64,000 nucleotides of DNA from Sphaerodactylus townsendi. Lineage: Eukaryota. Position numbers and translations under genes: made by a program. Below, in pieces: positions 20,389-33,394 of this stretch. The stretch's first letter is position 1. Every line of letters starts with the position of its first letter. The stretch covers positions 33,790,001-33,854,000 of the forward strand of contig NC_059430.1 of NCBI RefSeq assembly GCF_021028975.2, written 5' to 3'. The notes under the pieces were generated by a model. That model saw only the letters and a list, made by a program, of their open reading frames with translations, was not told the DNA's origin and searched no databases.

Positions 20389-23300
20389 ATGGCTGTATTA
20401 CGAAAAAGTAAGAAAATTTCAGGGCTAAAATGCTAATTGAAGAAGTTAGGTGTCCTGTTTGTGACTGACACCCTCAGAAAGTTCATTACCTAAAAGCAGG
20501 GAATGCGCATGTAAGGCAGTAGCAGATGGGTTTTAGAGTTTGACAAGCAGGCCAACCAGCATGTCCGGAGGAGTGTACAGTGTTAGTCAACCTAACTGTT
20601 AGTCCACCATGGGCAGCAACTGTTGGAGGTGAAAACAACACAAAAGTGAATGACAGGTAACCTGGAGTGTTGCTCCAGCATTGGTTTGGAGCCTATTCAG
20701 GGCCCCACTTCCTTGGAAATTAGCCCTCAATTAAAGGGGCAGCACTATTTCTAGGGGTGGGTGCTCTGGCAAGATGGCTCTGTGTCCTTTTTAGGATCAT
20801 GGTTCTTTGCTTCATCAAAGGAAATCTGTGTGCACATTTGCTTCCAAGGCTGTTCCACAGGATGGCCCAGGGCAAGAGTGCCTCCCTTTCTCAAGGGTTT
20901 TGGTGTCTTTGGAGATCTTTGATGCTTGTGAGATCTTTGACTATGACACTAGTAGTTAACCAATGTTTGTCTGAACGAGGGAGTTTTATCATGTACCAAC
21001 TGGGCTAACATCAGCATAACCTGAGGGGGGAGCCTCTGCCCACACATCTCTCCAGTCTACACCCATGAGTCCAACTGCCCAGAGTAATTGAGGAAGGGCA
21101 TGTGGGTGGTGCACAGTGAAGGCACTCCAGGTGGCAACTGCAGGTAGTGAAGACAACTGACCATAGATGGTGGGAAGACCTGTAAGCAGGAGAAGGATAC
21201 ATGGATAGGTGGGGGGCACGCAGGTGTGGGTGTGGATGGGAGGGCATAAAGGGACCCTGATGAAACACAGATGGACCCCTGGACACTGTATGCCTAGCGC
21301 CTCCAAAAACATGACACTGGCCCTCGCAACCATATTGTATACAATGATGTGGATTTTATCTAGCACAAGAGGAGCAGCAGAGAGCATTGTCTTTCTGCTC
21401 CTGCCGTGGAGTAGTCGTTTTGTAAGCCACCTTGAGTTCCACAAGGGAGAAAGGTAGCTAACAAATGTTTTAAATTTAAACAAACAAAGGCCGTTTCCGC
21501 ACGGCCCGTAAATGGCACCCTGGGGACGGGAAATACACCGCCCCCAGGGAGCCATTCGCACAGGTGGCGCTGCTGCAATGCAGCGCCGCAATTCGGCTCT
21601 GCTGCCCTCTCTCCCCAGGGCGGCGTCAAGCCCGCCCTGAAAACAACAACCCTTTAAAGGGTTGTTTTTCCTTCAACAGCGTGTTCCCGGGCGCGGTCGC
21701 GAACAGCACCGCACCGCCGGGCTGCAACTCGTTGAGCTCCGATCCGACTCACCTTGTCACCATTAAGTGACGCCTGCTGGCGTGAAGCCCGCCACGCTGT
21801 CCTCGACCCTGGAGTGGGCTTAGGGCAGCCAGGACAAACCGGTGGCCAGCAAGCGGACGGCGTAAATGTCAGGGGAAGAGGCGGCTCCATGCGGAGCCGC
21901 CGGCCGTCTGCCGGCCTCTCCAGAGGCCGTCCGCATGCTTGCATGCGAACGGCCTCCGCCTCCACGCCGGCGGAATTCTTGCCGGCGTGGAGGCGCCCTT
22001 ACGGCCGTGCAGAAACGGCCAAAGAAAGGGTTGGTGGATCCTCAGGGATTAATGGCAAAAAGCATGAGTCTGCAGTGGGAGTAGGAAAACCCTGCTGCTT
22101 TTCTGCAGGCAAGATGTGTCTTCCGCCAGCTAAAACCTTGATCAGGATCTCCCCCGATGCTGATTGTTAACAAGCTGCCCTTTTGTCTTTCAGTTAATCA
22201 GATTCTCCTGTTCCTACTTGTTTTGACCATTTGTGTGATTCTTTATAATAAAGTTCAGAAGATACCGTCTACCTTGCTTAAGAATGAACCAGGTAGGCAT
22301 CTGTTGTTAGAATCTGTTTTTATTTTGACGTTACCAAGGCTGAACCCTTTGCAGTCATAATACAAGATAAGTAGGAGGGTAGAGTCCACAGCTGCTGGCA
22401 TTCTGAGATCCTCAAAATGGTTCGCTGAGGTTCCCCGGCTTCCAACCATAGCTGTTGGCTCTGTACTGTAGCATTGCTGTGGAACCTTCTCTGCTACTAG
22501 CTAGCCAGCAGCGCGCCTGTCCTAGCTGCCTTGTTCCTTTGTGATTGCTTACAGTGTCTCTGCATGTAAACAAGTATGTGAGCACAGGCCCAGTATCATA
22601 AAGAAGTATGGCAGCCAACACCAGCATGGCATTAGCCAGCAGCAGGTATGTGGAATGAAAGCTCATGTGGAAATAAATGTTAGTCTTTAAGGTGCTGCTG
22701 GACTTTTTGTTTTATGGGGTGGAATGATCGTTACACTTTGTCTTTAGATTAGGAGATGAGTCTGACTAATACACAATGCTATTGACTTTTACCAAGACTT
22801 TCCTCCTAACTTCTTTTACAGACTTGTGTAAAAGCCCCTTCAAACTAGCACGAAACAGAACTACATCACTGCATTAGCAAAATAAAACTGAAGTACAGTA
22901 GAGCTCAGAGGCACACAACATTTATTCCAGCATAAGCATTCATGATACATGAAATGCGTCAGATACACGAAGTACACACCTATAAGGCAGATGAATTATA
23001 GGCTAGAAAGAACTGTCAGTCTAGGATGTTGTGAGTTTTTCAGGTTGTATGGCTGTGTTCCAGTAGTATTTTCTCCTGACTTTTCACCCTGCATCTTCAG
23101 AGGAACACGACCATGCAACGCGGAAAACCCACAACATCTTAGCGATTCTGGCAGTGAAAGTCTTGGACAATACAGTGTTTAGAGTGTGTGAGGACAATTC
23201 CCAACTGTTGATAGATCAGCCAAGTAGAAAAGTGCAGAATGAAATATGAAAAACAGATCCAATTAGAAATTTATAGAAGTGTCACCTATCTATCTAATAG

Positions 23301-26300
23301 TGATATGTGGTCCCCATCTACAGATATCTAAATCTGTAGATTGGGGCCACGCTGACACTAAATAGATTTTCCTGAAAATTTAGGGTATCCCCCAGGTTTG
23401 CCAAAAAAGTGCAATCTTAAAAAAATGGCTTGAATTTCTCCCTTGTCTGTGCATGTGAAGACAAAGCAGTTACCATGATTCTGAGGTGGTCATTATTGGG
23501 AGTTGCTCCAGAGTGCCACTTTAGACTCAGCCTTGACAGTGCTGGATTCCAGGAGCCACCTGTGCCCAGCTGTAGCTGTGGACGCCAGGAGCCACTCTGG
23601 GCTTGCAGAAGCTTTCAGACATTACTACTACTGCGTCCAAGCTCAGAGATGAGTGGTGAAACCTGGAGCTGCGCCAAACTGGTTAAAGGAGGAGAGGGGG
23701 TTCCGCCCATGAGTCTTGTGGGCCCTCACTTTTATATTCTAATAGCAAAGTTGGCCAAATCTGGTGCCTCTGAACAAATTAGCACCAACTCATGACAGCG
23801 TCTGCGGCAATGAACCTGGTTAGCCTCTAAAGTGTCACTGGATTCTTCCTGTATTATTTTAATGCTTCTAATTAATACACCTACCCTTTTGCAACTGTGT
23901 GTAGTAACATATGGTTTGATATTTGTTTTTAAAACCCAGTGGATTTGGAGAGCCCTGAGGAAATGGAAGAAGACATTCCTGTGGTGATCTGTGCTGCTGC
24001 GGGAAGAATGGGTGCAGCAATCGCAGCAATCAGCAGCATTTACAGCAACTCTGATTCTAACATCTTGTTCTATATTGTCGGCTTGAAGAACAGCGTCTCA
24101 CATATCAGGTGAAATGATCTTAAGAAGTGATTTAGGTCCCTACTTGTCTGCCTGTTTAGAGGAAGGCTTTGAGTGCAATCCAAGGGTTGGGGTCTTAATG
24201 GAGCCTTGGAAGCAGAGTGGGGTTGCACCCATGCGGATCCCCAGTCCGCTAATTTAAGGGGCAAATATGCTGGCAAAGGGGCTATTATGCTGGCAACTGG
24301 GTGTTGTGCAACTGCACAGCACCCAAACCTGGCACACGCCAGCACCCCTTTGCCACAGGAGCTCACGCTGGCGTGGGCGTGGGTGATCCAGGGGCGTTCT
24401 CGTGGGCAGTGCAGTTTTGATCTGGGAACGCCTCCTTTTTGCAGCACAGACTTACATCCCCAAGTCATTCCTGGTCGTAGGCTTTTCCCAGAGAGAAGTG
24501 GTTTTTCTCCTTCTTCCCCAGTGCCCACGCCACTGATTGGCTCTTTGGAAGCAGGTCTACTTTGCCCTCCGCAGCCACGGCTCTACCGCCTGGCCTTTGG
24601 GCTGTTAGAGCAAAACTACATGCTGTACTGACCAACACAACTTTCCTCAATCTGTCTCCACCAGTTACCATTAATATTGGGGACACTGTCATTTTCCCCC
24701 CCTCCTACCCATCTTGCTGTGCCACATCCCTTTATAGGAGTTTTTTTCTTCTTCTCCAGGCAGATGAAAATAGCCAGAGGGGCCTTTGCAAAAAAAAGAT
24801 ATTTCTTCAAATATCCAGTTCAAAAAAAAAATCACTTGGGGCAGTTTTCTACCAACCCAATATTAAAAATATTACATAGTTTAAAATCCTATTAGACTAA
24901 TAAACACTCAATGTTATAAACCACAGGCTGCAGACTGAAGTCTAGTCACTGCAATAGATGCTTCCTACCATCCCTATTTAAGCCTATTCTCTTCTTCAGG
25001 GCATTTCTACTGAGCATTTCTGTTTTCTCAGTCTTTTGTCAAAGTTTCTCCATTTCCACTCAACAGTGGGCCTATTTACCTTGCGTTTGCTCCTCTTCCT
25101 ATCAATTTCTCCATTATTTTTTATCGTGGGAGAAGTGGCAAGTGATACCAGTTTTTTTTAATCAGTGTTTACTCGGGCTCTTATATGATGATTTTGTTTT
25201 GTAGCGTGAGTTGTCTTTAAGACCTTATTTATTCAAGGCAATTATATTTAAGTATGTGCATATATTAAACAACCTGCTCATTGTCTGATGTTCTTTGATA
25301 TGCTCCTGTTTCTTTTGCGTTTCAGAAAATGGATCGAAAATTCCAAACTGAAAGATATAAAGTTCAAAATTGTAGAATTCAACCCCATGGTGCTGAAAGG
25401 GAAAATCCGACCAGATGCCGCCCGCCCTGACTTACTTCAACCTGTGAGTACATAGCCAACAGAAAAAGTGAAAAGAAACTTCCTTTGCAAGATACATGTG
25501 TCCTTTTACATAGCAGGCATCTCTCAACCCTTGTGTTTCTCCTAGACTAAACATAACAATCCTCTCTTTATCTCTGCCTCCGTCTGAGTGGGGTTTTCCT
25601 CACAGTAAAACAACCAAGCAACCCATATTTTTATTGAGAGTCACTGTTTTTGTTTTCACCAGGGATGTGGTACAGATTCTCCTTTTAAATTTGTTGGAAG
25701 GACTTTTACGCTGTTTCCTGCCTCAACCTCAAAGAGGTTTTTACCAGTAAGTCAGATGCTAGATAGGGACCCAGGAATTGACACCTTTATCATGCTGGTA
25801 CTATCCCTTTGATGTTAGACTGATACTCTCAGGAACTTCCTTCCTTCTGGCTCACTCCTTCTTGCTCTCTCACCACTTCTACTGCACCATGTGTATAGAC
25901 AGGATGGATGCTGAGTGCATCCATCCCCATCCAGCTAGATTAGATTAGTGAACCTATCTATCTACCTTTCTATCCAGAATGGAATTCACTAATAAATACT
26001 CTTTTTATTAGATTAGAAACTACAAACAACTCTGACTTTTCTTTGTGCCAAAGCTCACATGCATGTTTGGGGATGCTCCGCTGTACTTAGGCCTCCACGC
26101 ACTCTGCTTGTAATGCTAACGTGTAATCTCTCCAAACAAATCTGACCCTCCAGTCCCTCAAACAGGATAGCTTAACCAGCTTAGAATGGAGGCCAGTCAG
26201 CACACACCCATTCACAAGTTCGCTCTCATCAGATCTCCCCAAAACCTCCTTTTGGAGCCTTTCGAATTCTACCTTTCACAACCAGCCAATCACAAGCAGT

Positions 26301-29300
26301 CCTGACTTTACTCCTTGTTTGCTGTAGTCCACATGCACAAAAATAAGGCTGTGTTGGTCATCGTCACATCCCCCCTCTCCCCCCCCCCCCCCACCTTCAA
26401 ACCTAACAGTTGCCTAGTGATTTCAGTGATAATGAGCATGTGGAAAACGCTTGCCTTCCATGATTGAGTGCCTTGAATCTGGGGATAGGGAGAACTTAGA
26501 TTCTAGGAATGTATGAATCCTCATCCAAGTACCTCGTTCCCATAACTGAAAAAAATGACATAAAAGGGATCCAAGGTTTGTGTTTCATTAGAAATATTTA
26601 TCCGGAAAGCTATTTTATTGTTTGATGACTGGATGTTCCTACAATGTGCCATTTAATGATCCTGGATGTCTCCTTCTGACAGGCTTTGTTGAGACGCATT
26701 CTTCCCTCTCTTTTTTATCCTCCAGCTGAATTTCGTACGATTTTACCTTCCTCTCCTTATCCATGAACATGATAAAGTGATATATCTTGATGATGATGTC
26801 ATTGTCCAAGGTAAGCGGCTTCTCCCCACATTGTCTGAAGACCTTAAAGTCTATACATACTGCAAGGTTTTTAAAATTGAGATCATTTGTTACCTACTTT
26901 CCAGCAAAAGAAAAAAATATGAAAATATTAGCTGTTTGAGTACATTCTTGATATTTGATTCATATGATCAGGGTAGAGTAGTCTAATTTTTTAAAAAATT
27001 ATAAATATATTCATAAGGCACCAGTACTGTGCCAGCAGCTGTATCATTTTTTAAAAAAACCCAAGAGCCTCATTCAGAAAGGGGGAGGCGAATTCTCCTA
27101 TGAGAGCAGAGGGCGACTGCTTTGGTGGTTTTGCCTTCTCCAAGGCACTCACCTCTGGTTGTGCCAGAGCTCCAGCGCCCCTGCCACTGATTTAGCAGGG
27201 GCAGGCTAGGGGTGTGCCAGGGAAGGAGCCGACATTAGTTGGCACCCTCCTGGCCTTTGCCAGCATTATACTGGTGGGCCACAGTTAGAACTGAAGCCAG
27301 CCTTTCGGCCAGCGTAAGCCCACTGTTGCCCATAGATACTTATTGGCAGTGGGAAGGCTGTTTGACGTTTCCAGCATCCCCATTTGCCTCACATTTTTCC
27401 TTTTGTTTTTGTTTTTTATTATTATTATTTATTTAACTTAATATACCGCCCCATCCCTGAAGGGCTCTGGGCGGTTTACAACATAAAGCCATACATAAAA
27501 TCATTATACAAAGCTTCCATAAATATAATAAAAACAGCAGTCATCCTAAGATGGCATCCCACCTAAACCTAATCCTCCTAAAGAGAGGAGAGAGAGGCAG
27601 TGGGTCCTGATGGTATTAGGACCTATGGGTCTCAATAATGGGCCCCGATAATATTAGGGACCCATGAACGGGGGGAGGGGGGGGGAACGACAACTCAGCG
27701 GCTGGTATCTCCAAAGGCCCGGTGGAACAACTCAGTCTTACAGGCCCTGCGGAAATCACCCGCCGGCTGCGACCCTGGGCCTTTCCATCGAGTCGGCTCC
27801 CTCTGGAACCTGGATTTTTTCGCCGTGAAGGCTGCCATCAGGCTTTCCCTCCATGCTGGTTCCCCTCGGGTGAATCCGTTGAGTCGTGGTGCCGACGGGT
27901 GTTGGCGAGGGGGACAGGCATCATCAGAGGGCATGGTCAGATGTGTTTTCTCTCCACAGTTTGCCACAAAAAGAAACATATCTTACTGTGGCATGCCTCT
28001 GAAGATGCCAGTCAAAGATGCAGGGCAAACATTGGGAGCTTAAACTACCAGACCATGGCCACACAGCTCAAAAAACCCACCAGTTATCTGGATTCTGACC
28101 ACCTTCCAGGAGACTTATATGTCTCAACTGGTTGTTTCAGCAAGTTTCAGTCAGTTCTTTCAAATCCCAAGGACTTCTTGTGCAAGGCTTTGTTCTTGAT
28201 ATCTACATGTGGCATACTGCAGGATGGGGGTCAAATACCATTTAGAAAAAGCCCATTTCTTGTTTTTAAATAAGCCCACAGCAGGCCAGCCACCATGGTC
28301 AAAGAGGCATTCCTTCCTGTAAGAGAGAGAAAGGTAAATGCTTCGTCTGCAGTGGTGCTTGTCACCCACTTGTTTTGTATGTGCTTTTCAAAAAATCTGG
28401 GATAAAAATCTTTGGGTACAGCCAACATAGTGAAAAGTGCAGTCCAGTGAATCTTTTGAACAATGCTGGCTTCCACTTTTTTAAAAGGTGACATTCAGGA
28501 ACTGTATGACACAAATCTAGCCCCTGGACATGCTGCGGCTTTTTCAGATGACTGTGACCTACCTTCAACTCATGAAATGGTCAGAAGTGTAGGGATGCAG
28601 GTAAGAAATCTTTGCAACATTAAAATGTATTCCTGGAGTATTTTCCTACTTAATTCTTCTGGGGCTTGAGTACTTTTTAAACACAATAACACAAGGCAGT
28701 ATTGGGACGTGTAAATCTTCTGATGGTGTAGTGGTTTAGAGCAGGTGCACTCTAATCTGGAGAACTGGGTTTGATTCCCCGCTCTGCCACTTGAGCTGTG
28801 GAGGCTTATCTGGTGACCTAGATTAGCTTGTGCACTCCAAAACATGCCAGCTGGGTGACCTTGGGCTAGTCACAGTTCTTCAGAGCTCTCTCAGCTCCAC
28901 CCACCTCGCAGGGTGTTTGTTGTGAGGGGGGAGAAGGGAAAGGAGTTTGTAAGCCCCTTTGAGTCTCCTTACAGTAGAGAAAGGGGGAATATAGATCCAA
29001 CTCTTCTTCTTCTTCTTCAAACTGAAAGAAAAAAAGGGATCTGATTATATGCATAATAATGCATTCAGGATCGAAAATTATTAATTTACTCACAAGTAAG
29101 ACCAAGTAACTGACTTCACTACTTATAATGTTATAGTCAGTGTTGTGCAGTAGTTAAAGGCCGTTTCCGCACGGCCATGATGGGGGTCGGGTCAGCGTAC
29201 ATAACGTCGACCCAACCCCCCCGGGGCCGTTCGCACGAACGGTACCGGTTTCGACGGGGAGGACGGCGCAGCATCTGCACAGGCTGCGCCGTCCCCCAAA

Positions 29301-32300
29301 TGCCGTACCGTGTCCTCCGGCCTCCGGCGCGTCGCACAGGCCAGGGGACATGCCCCCTCGCCCTGCGCGACAGTCCGGTACAGCGTTTGGGAAAGGGGAG
29401 GGGGAATGGCGCATTCCAGCCACTGTTTCCCAAAAACCTCCCTGGGGAAGCGAGGTCGGGAAACAGCGGCTTTGTGCCGCTGGGGAGGCGTGAGGGCTGC
29501 GCCCCCCGTGCGAACAGCTCCCTGTGGACGGCGTTTTTGCCGTCCCCAGGGTGCTGTTTATGGCCCGTGCGGAAAGGCCAAAGAGTCAGATGACAACCAG
29601 GAAGGCCTGGGTTCCAGTCCCCAGTTTTGTGATATAGCCTACTGGGGGACGTTGGGTCAGTTGCTCTCTCAGCCCAATATACAGAGCTGCTGTAAAAATA
29701 AATTGAGAAGAGAAGATCATGTCTGCCATAGAGAACTCCTTGGAAGACAGATAGGATGAACATTTAGAGTGATCGATTTTAGAAGCCAACCTACTCTCCC
29801 CAGCCCCACCAGACACTTCCATATTGTGGAATAGCCTTCCTGGGAGGACAAAGCTCCCCCCCCCCCCCCGCTGCTCGGCTTTCCACAAACTATGCCAAAC
29901 TGAACTATTCAAGATTTTTCTGCGCAAATAATAGGGCTGCTTTGTACAAAATGGTTTTACAGACTTGCTTAGATAAATTATTAGAGTGGTCTACCTAGCT
30001 TATTGTATGCAGGAACCTATTTATGTAATTTCTGTACGGTTTAATGTGTCATTGAATACTTATGCTATTCTTCAGTTCTTTCTTGTAGTTCCAGACTTCC
30101 AAAATTCTGATGCATTGTTTCACTAATGTTCCATTCTGTTGATTGAACTGCCTTACTATGTGTAATTGGCTTTGGCCTTGAGCCAGCGAGAAAAGCAGGC
30201 TATGAATAACATAAATAAATAAAATAGTGGATCTTCAATTCCTTTGCAAGCACATCTGTTTTTTCTTTCAGACTTAACACAAGATGAATGAATGTTACTA
30301 AGCCAAGCTGGTAAACGCACTATGAAACTGTTGGATGTTTGTGAAGTAATTTAATGCTTCATTTTTTTCCTTTTCCAGAACACCTATATGGGATTCCTAG
30401 ACTACCGGAAACAAACAATTCGTGATCTTGGCATTAGCCCCAGCACCTGCTCCTTTAATCCTGGTGTCTTTGTGGCTAACATGACGGAATGGAAGCACCA
30501 ACGAATTACAAAGCAGTTGGAGAAATGGATGCAAAAAAATGTTGAGTATGTACAAACTGCCGTCCTTCCTTTTCACGCAGCTGATGTTATTTAACTGAGA
30601 TGCAGATTGCTAAGGAATTTATTGTGGAAGAACGCTATGATGTGTAGTCATAGTCCCTTAGTTTCTCCTGAAATTTTGTTTTAACAAAATGTGAAGTAAA
30701 AGGGACTGTTCTAACTTTTCCCACGTGCCATTTCCCCAAATTGCTTATACCCCCATTGGGGAAAATGTATGGGATATATTTGAGGGGGGCAGTTAGTAAA
30801 TGGAGCAACAATTTCCAGCCCAAAAATGCATAAAAGGGAAAAGAGTCAAATCCCTACAGCTCAGTCATGTTGTTGAAAAGAAAGGTTGGAAATAATTACA
30901 GACCCACACTGATGTGAAATTCTGCAATCTGCACTCAGTGTTTTTGGCATACTTCCTTTTACATTTTATATTGCTTTGTAGTGCTTGCAGAGTCTTACTA
31001 TTTAATACCAGAGTAGCATCTCCAGCACAAATGTTCTTTTTGGAGACTTTATTTTGTTGGCTGCTGTGGATTTTCCAGGCTGTGTGGCTATTGTCTGGTA
31101 GTTTTTTCTCCTAACGTTTCACCTGGCATCTTAAGCAGCATGTCACGGTAAGAAACGGGTCTCTCCGTGGTACAGTGAAGAGTCTTTCTTTTGTATTAGC
31201 TCAATCATCACTCCTTCTCTGGCATGTTAACAAAATGTTGAGGGGGATCAGGATGGTAGCTCTCTTGCCTTTATACAATGGAAGGGTGCCATCTTGTTGA
31301 GGTTTAAATTGGTACCGATAGTACTCCAATTGCATCCCAATTTCAGCCTTGCAGGGCCAGGCTAGCCAGATCACATCAAATCTCAAAAGCTGAGCAGGGT
31401 TAGCCCTGTTGAGCACTTGGATAGGAGACTGCCAAAGAAGTCCAGGGTTGCCATACAGAGGCAGACAAACTACCTCTGTTCATCGCACCTTAAAGATCCT
31501 AGGGCAGTGGTGGCGAACGTATAGCACTCCAGATATTCATGGACTACAATTCCCATCAGCCCCTGCCAGCATGGCCAATTACATCTGGAGTGTCATAGGT
31601 TTGCCACCACTGCCCTAGGGGGTTGCCATGAATCTGCTGTCATGTGATGGCACTTTCCACCTGTGTTGTAGCTATTAAGGGGGGGGGGTACTGCTCTGTT
31701 CCTTTCTGTCCTCTGCCCTCATTTACACGAGAGTAAATGTACTGTGTTTTATCAATTTTATCAATTACCACACAGGAAAGTACTAGAGTCTATCTTCCCC
31801 TCTTTAAAAAAACCCAGACCTTTCTTTTAAAAATCTTTTCAGAGAAAACCTTTACAGCAGCACTCTCGCAGGAGGTGTGGCCACTTCCCCAATGCTCATC
31901 GTATTCCATGGAAAATACTCACCCATCACTCCTCTCTGGCATATTCGCCATCTAGGTAAGTTTTAGACCAAAAAAAGCAAAAGTTTGTCAAGCAGCCTCA
32001 GAATGATCAAGTTCCTGTATGTGTGTACTGAAGGTTTTGCACATCTAAGAAATAACACCGGCCTCCCAGTTATATGCTGAATCAGAAGTTTACAACTGTG
32101 AAGGATTAAACCAATTTTAATCATATTTGATAGCGATGTACAAGCAAAACATCTAAAAAAACCTTTTACCTAGTATTCTAGGATTAACAGTGCAATCCAG
32201 AGCAGAGTTACTCCAGTCTAAGCCCACTGATTTCAATGGGTTTAGACTGGAATAACTCTGTTCTGGATTGCACTGTTTGCCATTTTAATTCAGAACATGG

Positions 32301-33394
32301 ACTACTACAAAAATTTTATCTGGATTTAGCAGCTAAAACCTGAGACCCTTTGATAATGCAAAGGTAAGTTTTCAGTTACAAAAAATATCCCTATTCAGGC
32401 CACAATAGACTTACCAAACCTGTGAGCCTCTGCCTGACAAAGCCATGCTTACATCCAAGTGAAATCAAGGGAGCAAATCACATTAGTTTCCATGAGATCC
32501 AAGTCTGACTAGCTTTCTCAGGATTGGAACCTTGGAATTTTAAGTTTCTTTTAGATTTTCAGTACAAGTTTGCACAAAAAAAAACTATTTTATGTAAAAC
32601 AACTCTAGTTTACATTTCAGAAATGCACCTTATAAAGTTATAAAAATGCTACAGGTATCAAAATTGCAAGTTCCTTAGCATTATTTGAATAGAATATGGG
32701 ATACATATTTTATTTGTGAAAAGTATGCGGTATAAACCAGCCAGAGGTATTGAAAGTTTACATCTGACAGAAGAGTTGGTTTACATCTACAAGAGTGTCA
32801 GATGGGTATGAGATGGTAGAATGACCTTTCAGTCTGCATATGGAAGACTGTTTTGAATGCTTCCCCACATTAAAAAGAACACCCAGCAAATATAAAATCA
32901 GCATAAACTACCTTCTTGTCTACGATGCTGGCTTTTTAAAATTTACAAGACGTGTTAAGCATTTGATGACAATGAAAAATGTCACTACCCAATGACAATG
33001 AAGTGGAGCACTTTATTCTAACTGCTTGTTACATCGGACCAAGGTTGTACAAACACTACAAGCTGTATTTCTGAACAAACAATATCACAACTGCATTCCT
33101 CGTCAACACTGGTGAGAGAAATAAGCAAGTACTGTGACTGGATGAATTATGCTTATGCTGACTTTTAAAAAAGATTTTCCAGTAAATGCTGTAATAAGTT
33201 TTTCTTTTAAAACACACCCAGGCTGGAGTCCTGATGCCAGGTACTCAGAACAGTTTCTTCATGAAGCCAAGCTACTTCACTGGAATGGAAGATATAAGCC
33301 TTGGGACTACCCTAGTATTCACACTGACTTTTGGGAAAAGTGGTTTGTCCCCGATCCTTCAGGGATATTTAAATTGGTTCGTCCTCATAGCTGA
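20389..33394 (+). CDS. GLT8D2: Glycosyltransferase 8 domain-containing protein 2 (complete, 9 coding exons, 351 aa)
   Basis: Exons 20389-20407, 22194-22292, 23940-24108, 25326-25443, 26726-26810, 28488-28600, 30379-30545, 31843-31955 and 33222-33394 (1056 nt). N-terminus MAVLRKINQILLFLLVLTICVILY, DxD motif IYLDDD, and SFNPGVFVAN and LLHWNG motifs. Confidence 0.96.
21489..22020. mobile_element. Harbinger-type MITE, CpG-rich
   Basis: TIR GGCCGTTTCCGCACGGCC / GGCCGTGCAGAAACGGCC with 3-bp AAA flanks. Confidence 0.8.
27415..27830 (-). mobile_element. L2 LINE 3' end
   Basis: FRRACKTELFHRAF ORF2 end, GGGCGGTATA and (TAA)n tail; related 3' UTR copy at 57620-57850. Confidence 0.75.
28720..29017 (+). 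mobile_element. Squam3-type SINE with (CTT)n tail
   Basis: tRNA-like head GGTGTAGTGGT...GGTTTGATTCCCC, conserved body and CTT tail. Confidence 0.8.
29159..29579. mobile_element. Harbinger-type MITE, CpG-rich, opposite orientation to the 21489 copy
   Basis: Same GGCCGTTTCCGCACGG TIR with AAA flanks; subterminal CCCTGGGGACGG is inverted relative to the 21489 copy. Confidence 0.8.
29800..30225 (+). mobile_element. L2 LINE 3' end
   Basis: LWNSLP...F.KLCQTELFK motif and (TAAA)n tail. Confidence 0.6.
31345..31665 (+). mobile_element. 5S rRNA-derived SINE (5S-Sauria-like) interrupted by a hAT MITE
   Basis: 5S-like ATCTCAAAAGCTGAGCAGGGT...ACTTGGATAGGAGAC; second copy at 49990-50180. Confidence 0.7.
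31505..31612. mobile_element. hAT MITE
   Basis: CAGTGGTGGCGAAC...GTTTGCCACCACTG with TSD (T/C)CCTAGGG. Confidence 0.85.
32186..32277. repeat. Palindromic MITE (common sauropsid hairpin repeat)
   Basis: AACAGTGCAATCCAGA...TCTGGATTGCACTGTT hairpin with central CCCA.TGATTTCAATGGG. Confidence 0.75.

Noticed and set aside
31345-31450. 5S rRNA gene (also about 50010-50070), and tRNA genes at SINE heads
   Set aside because: Partial, diverged and fused to SINE bodies.
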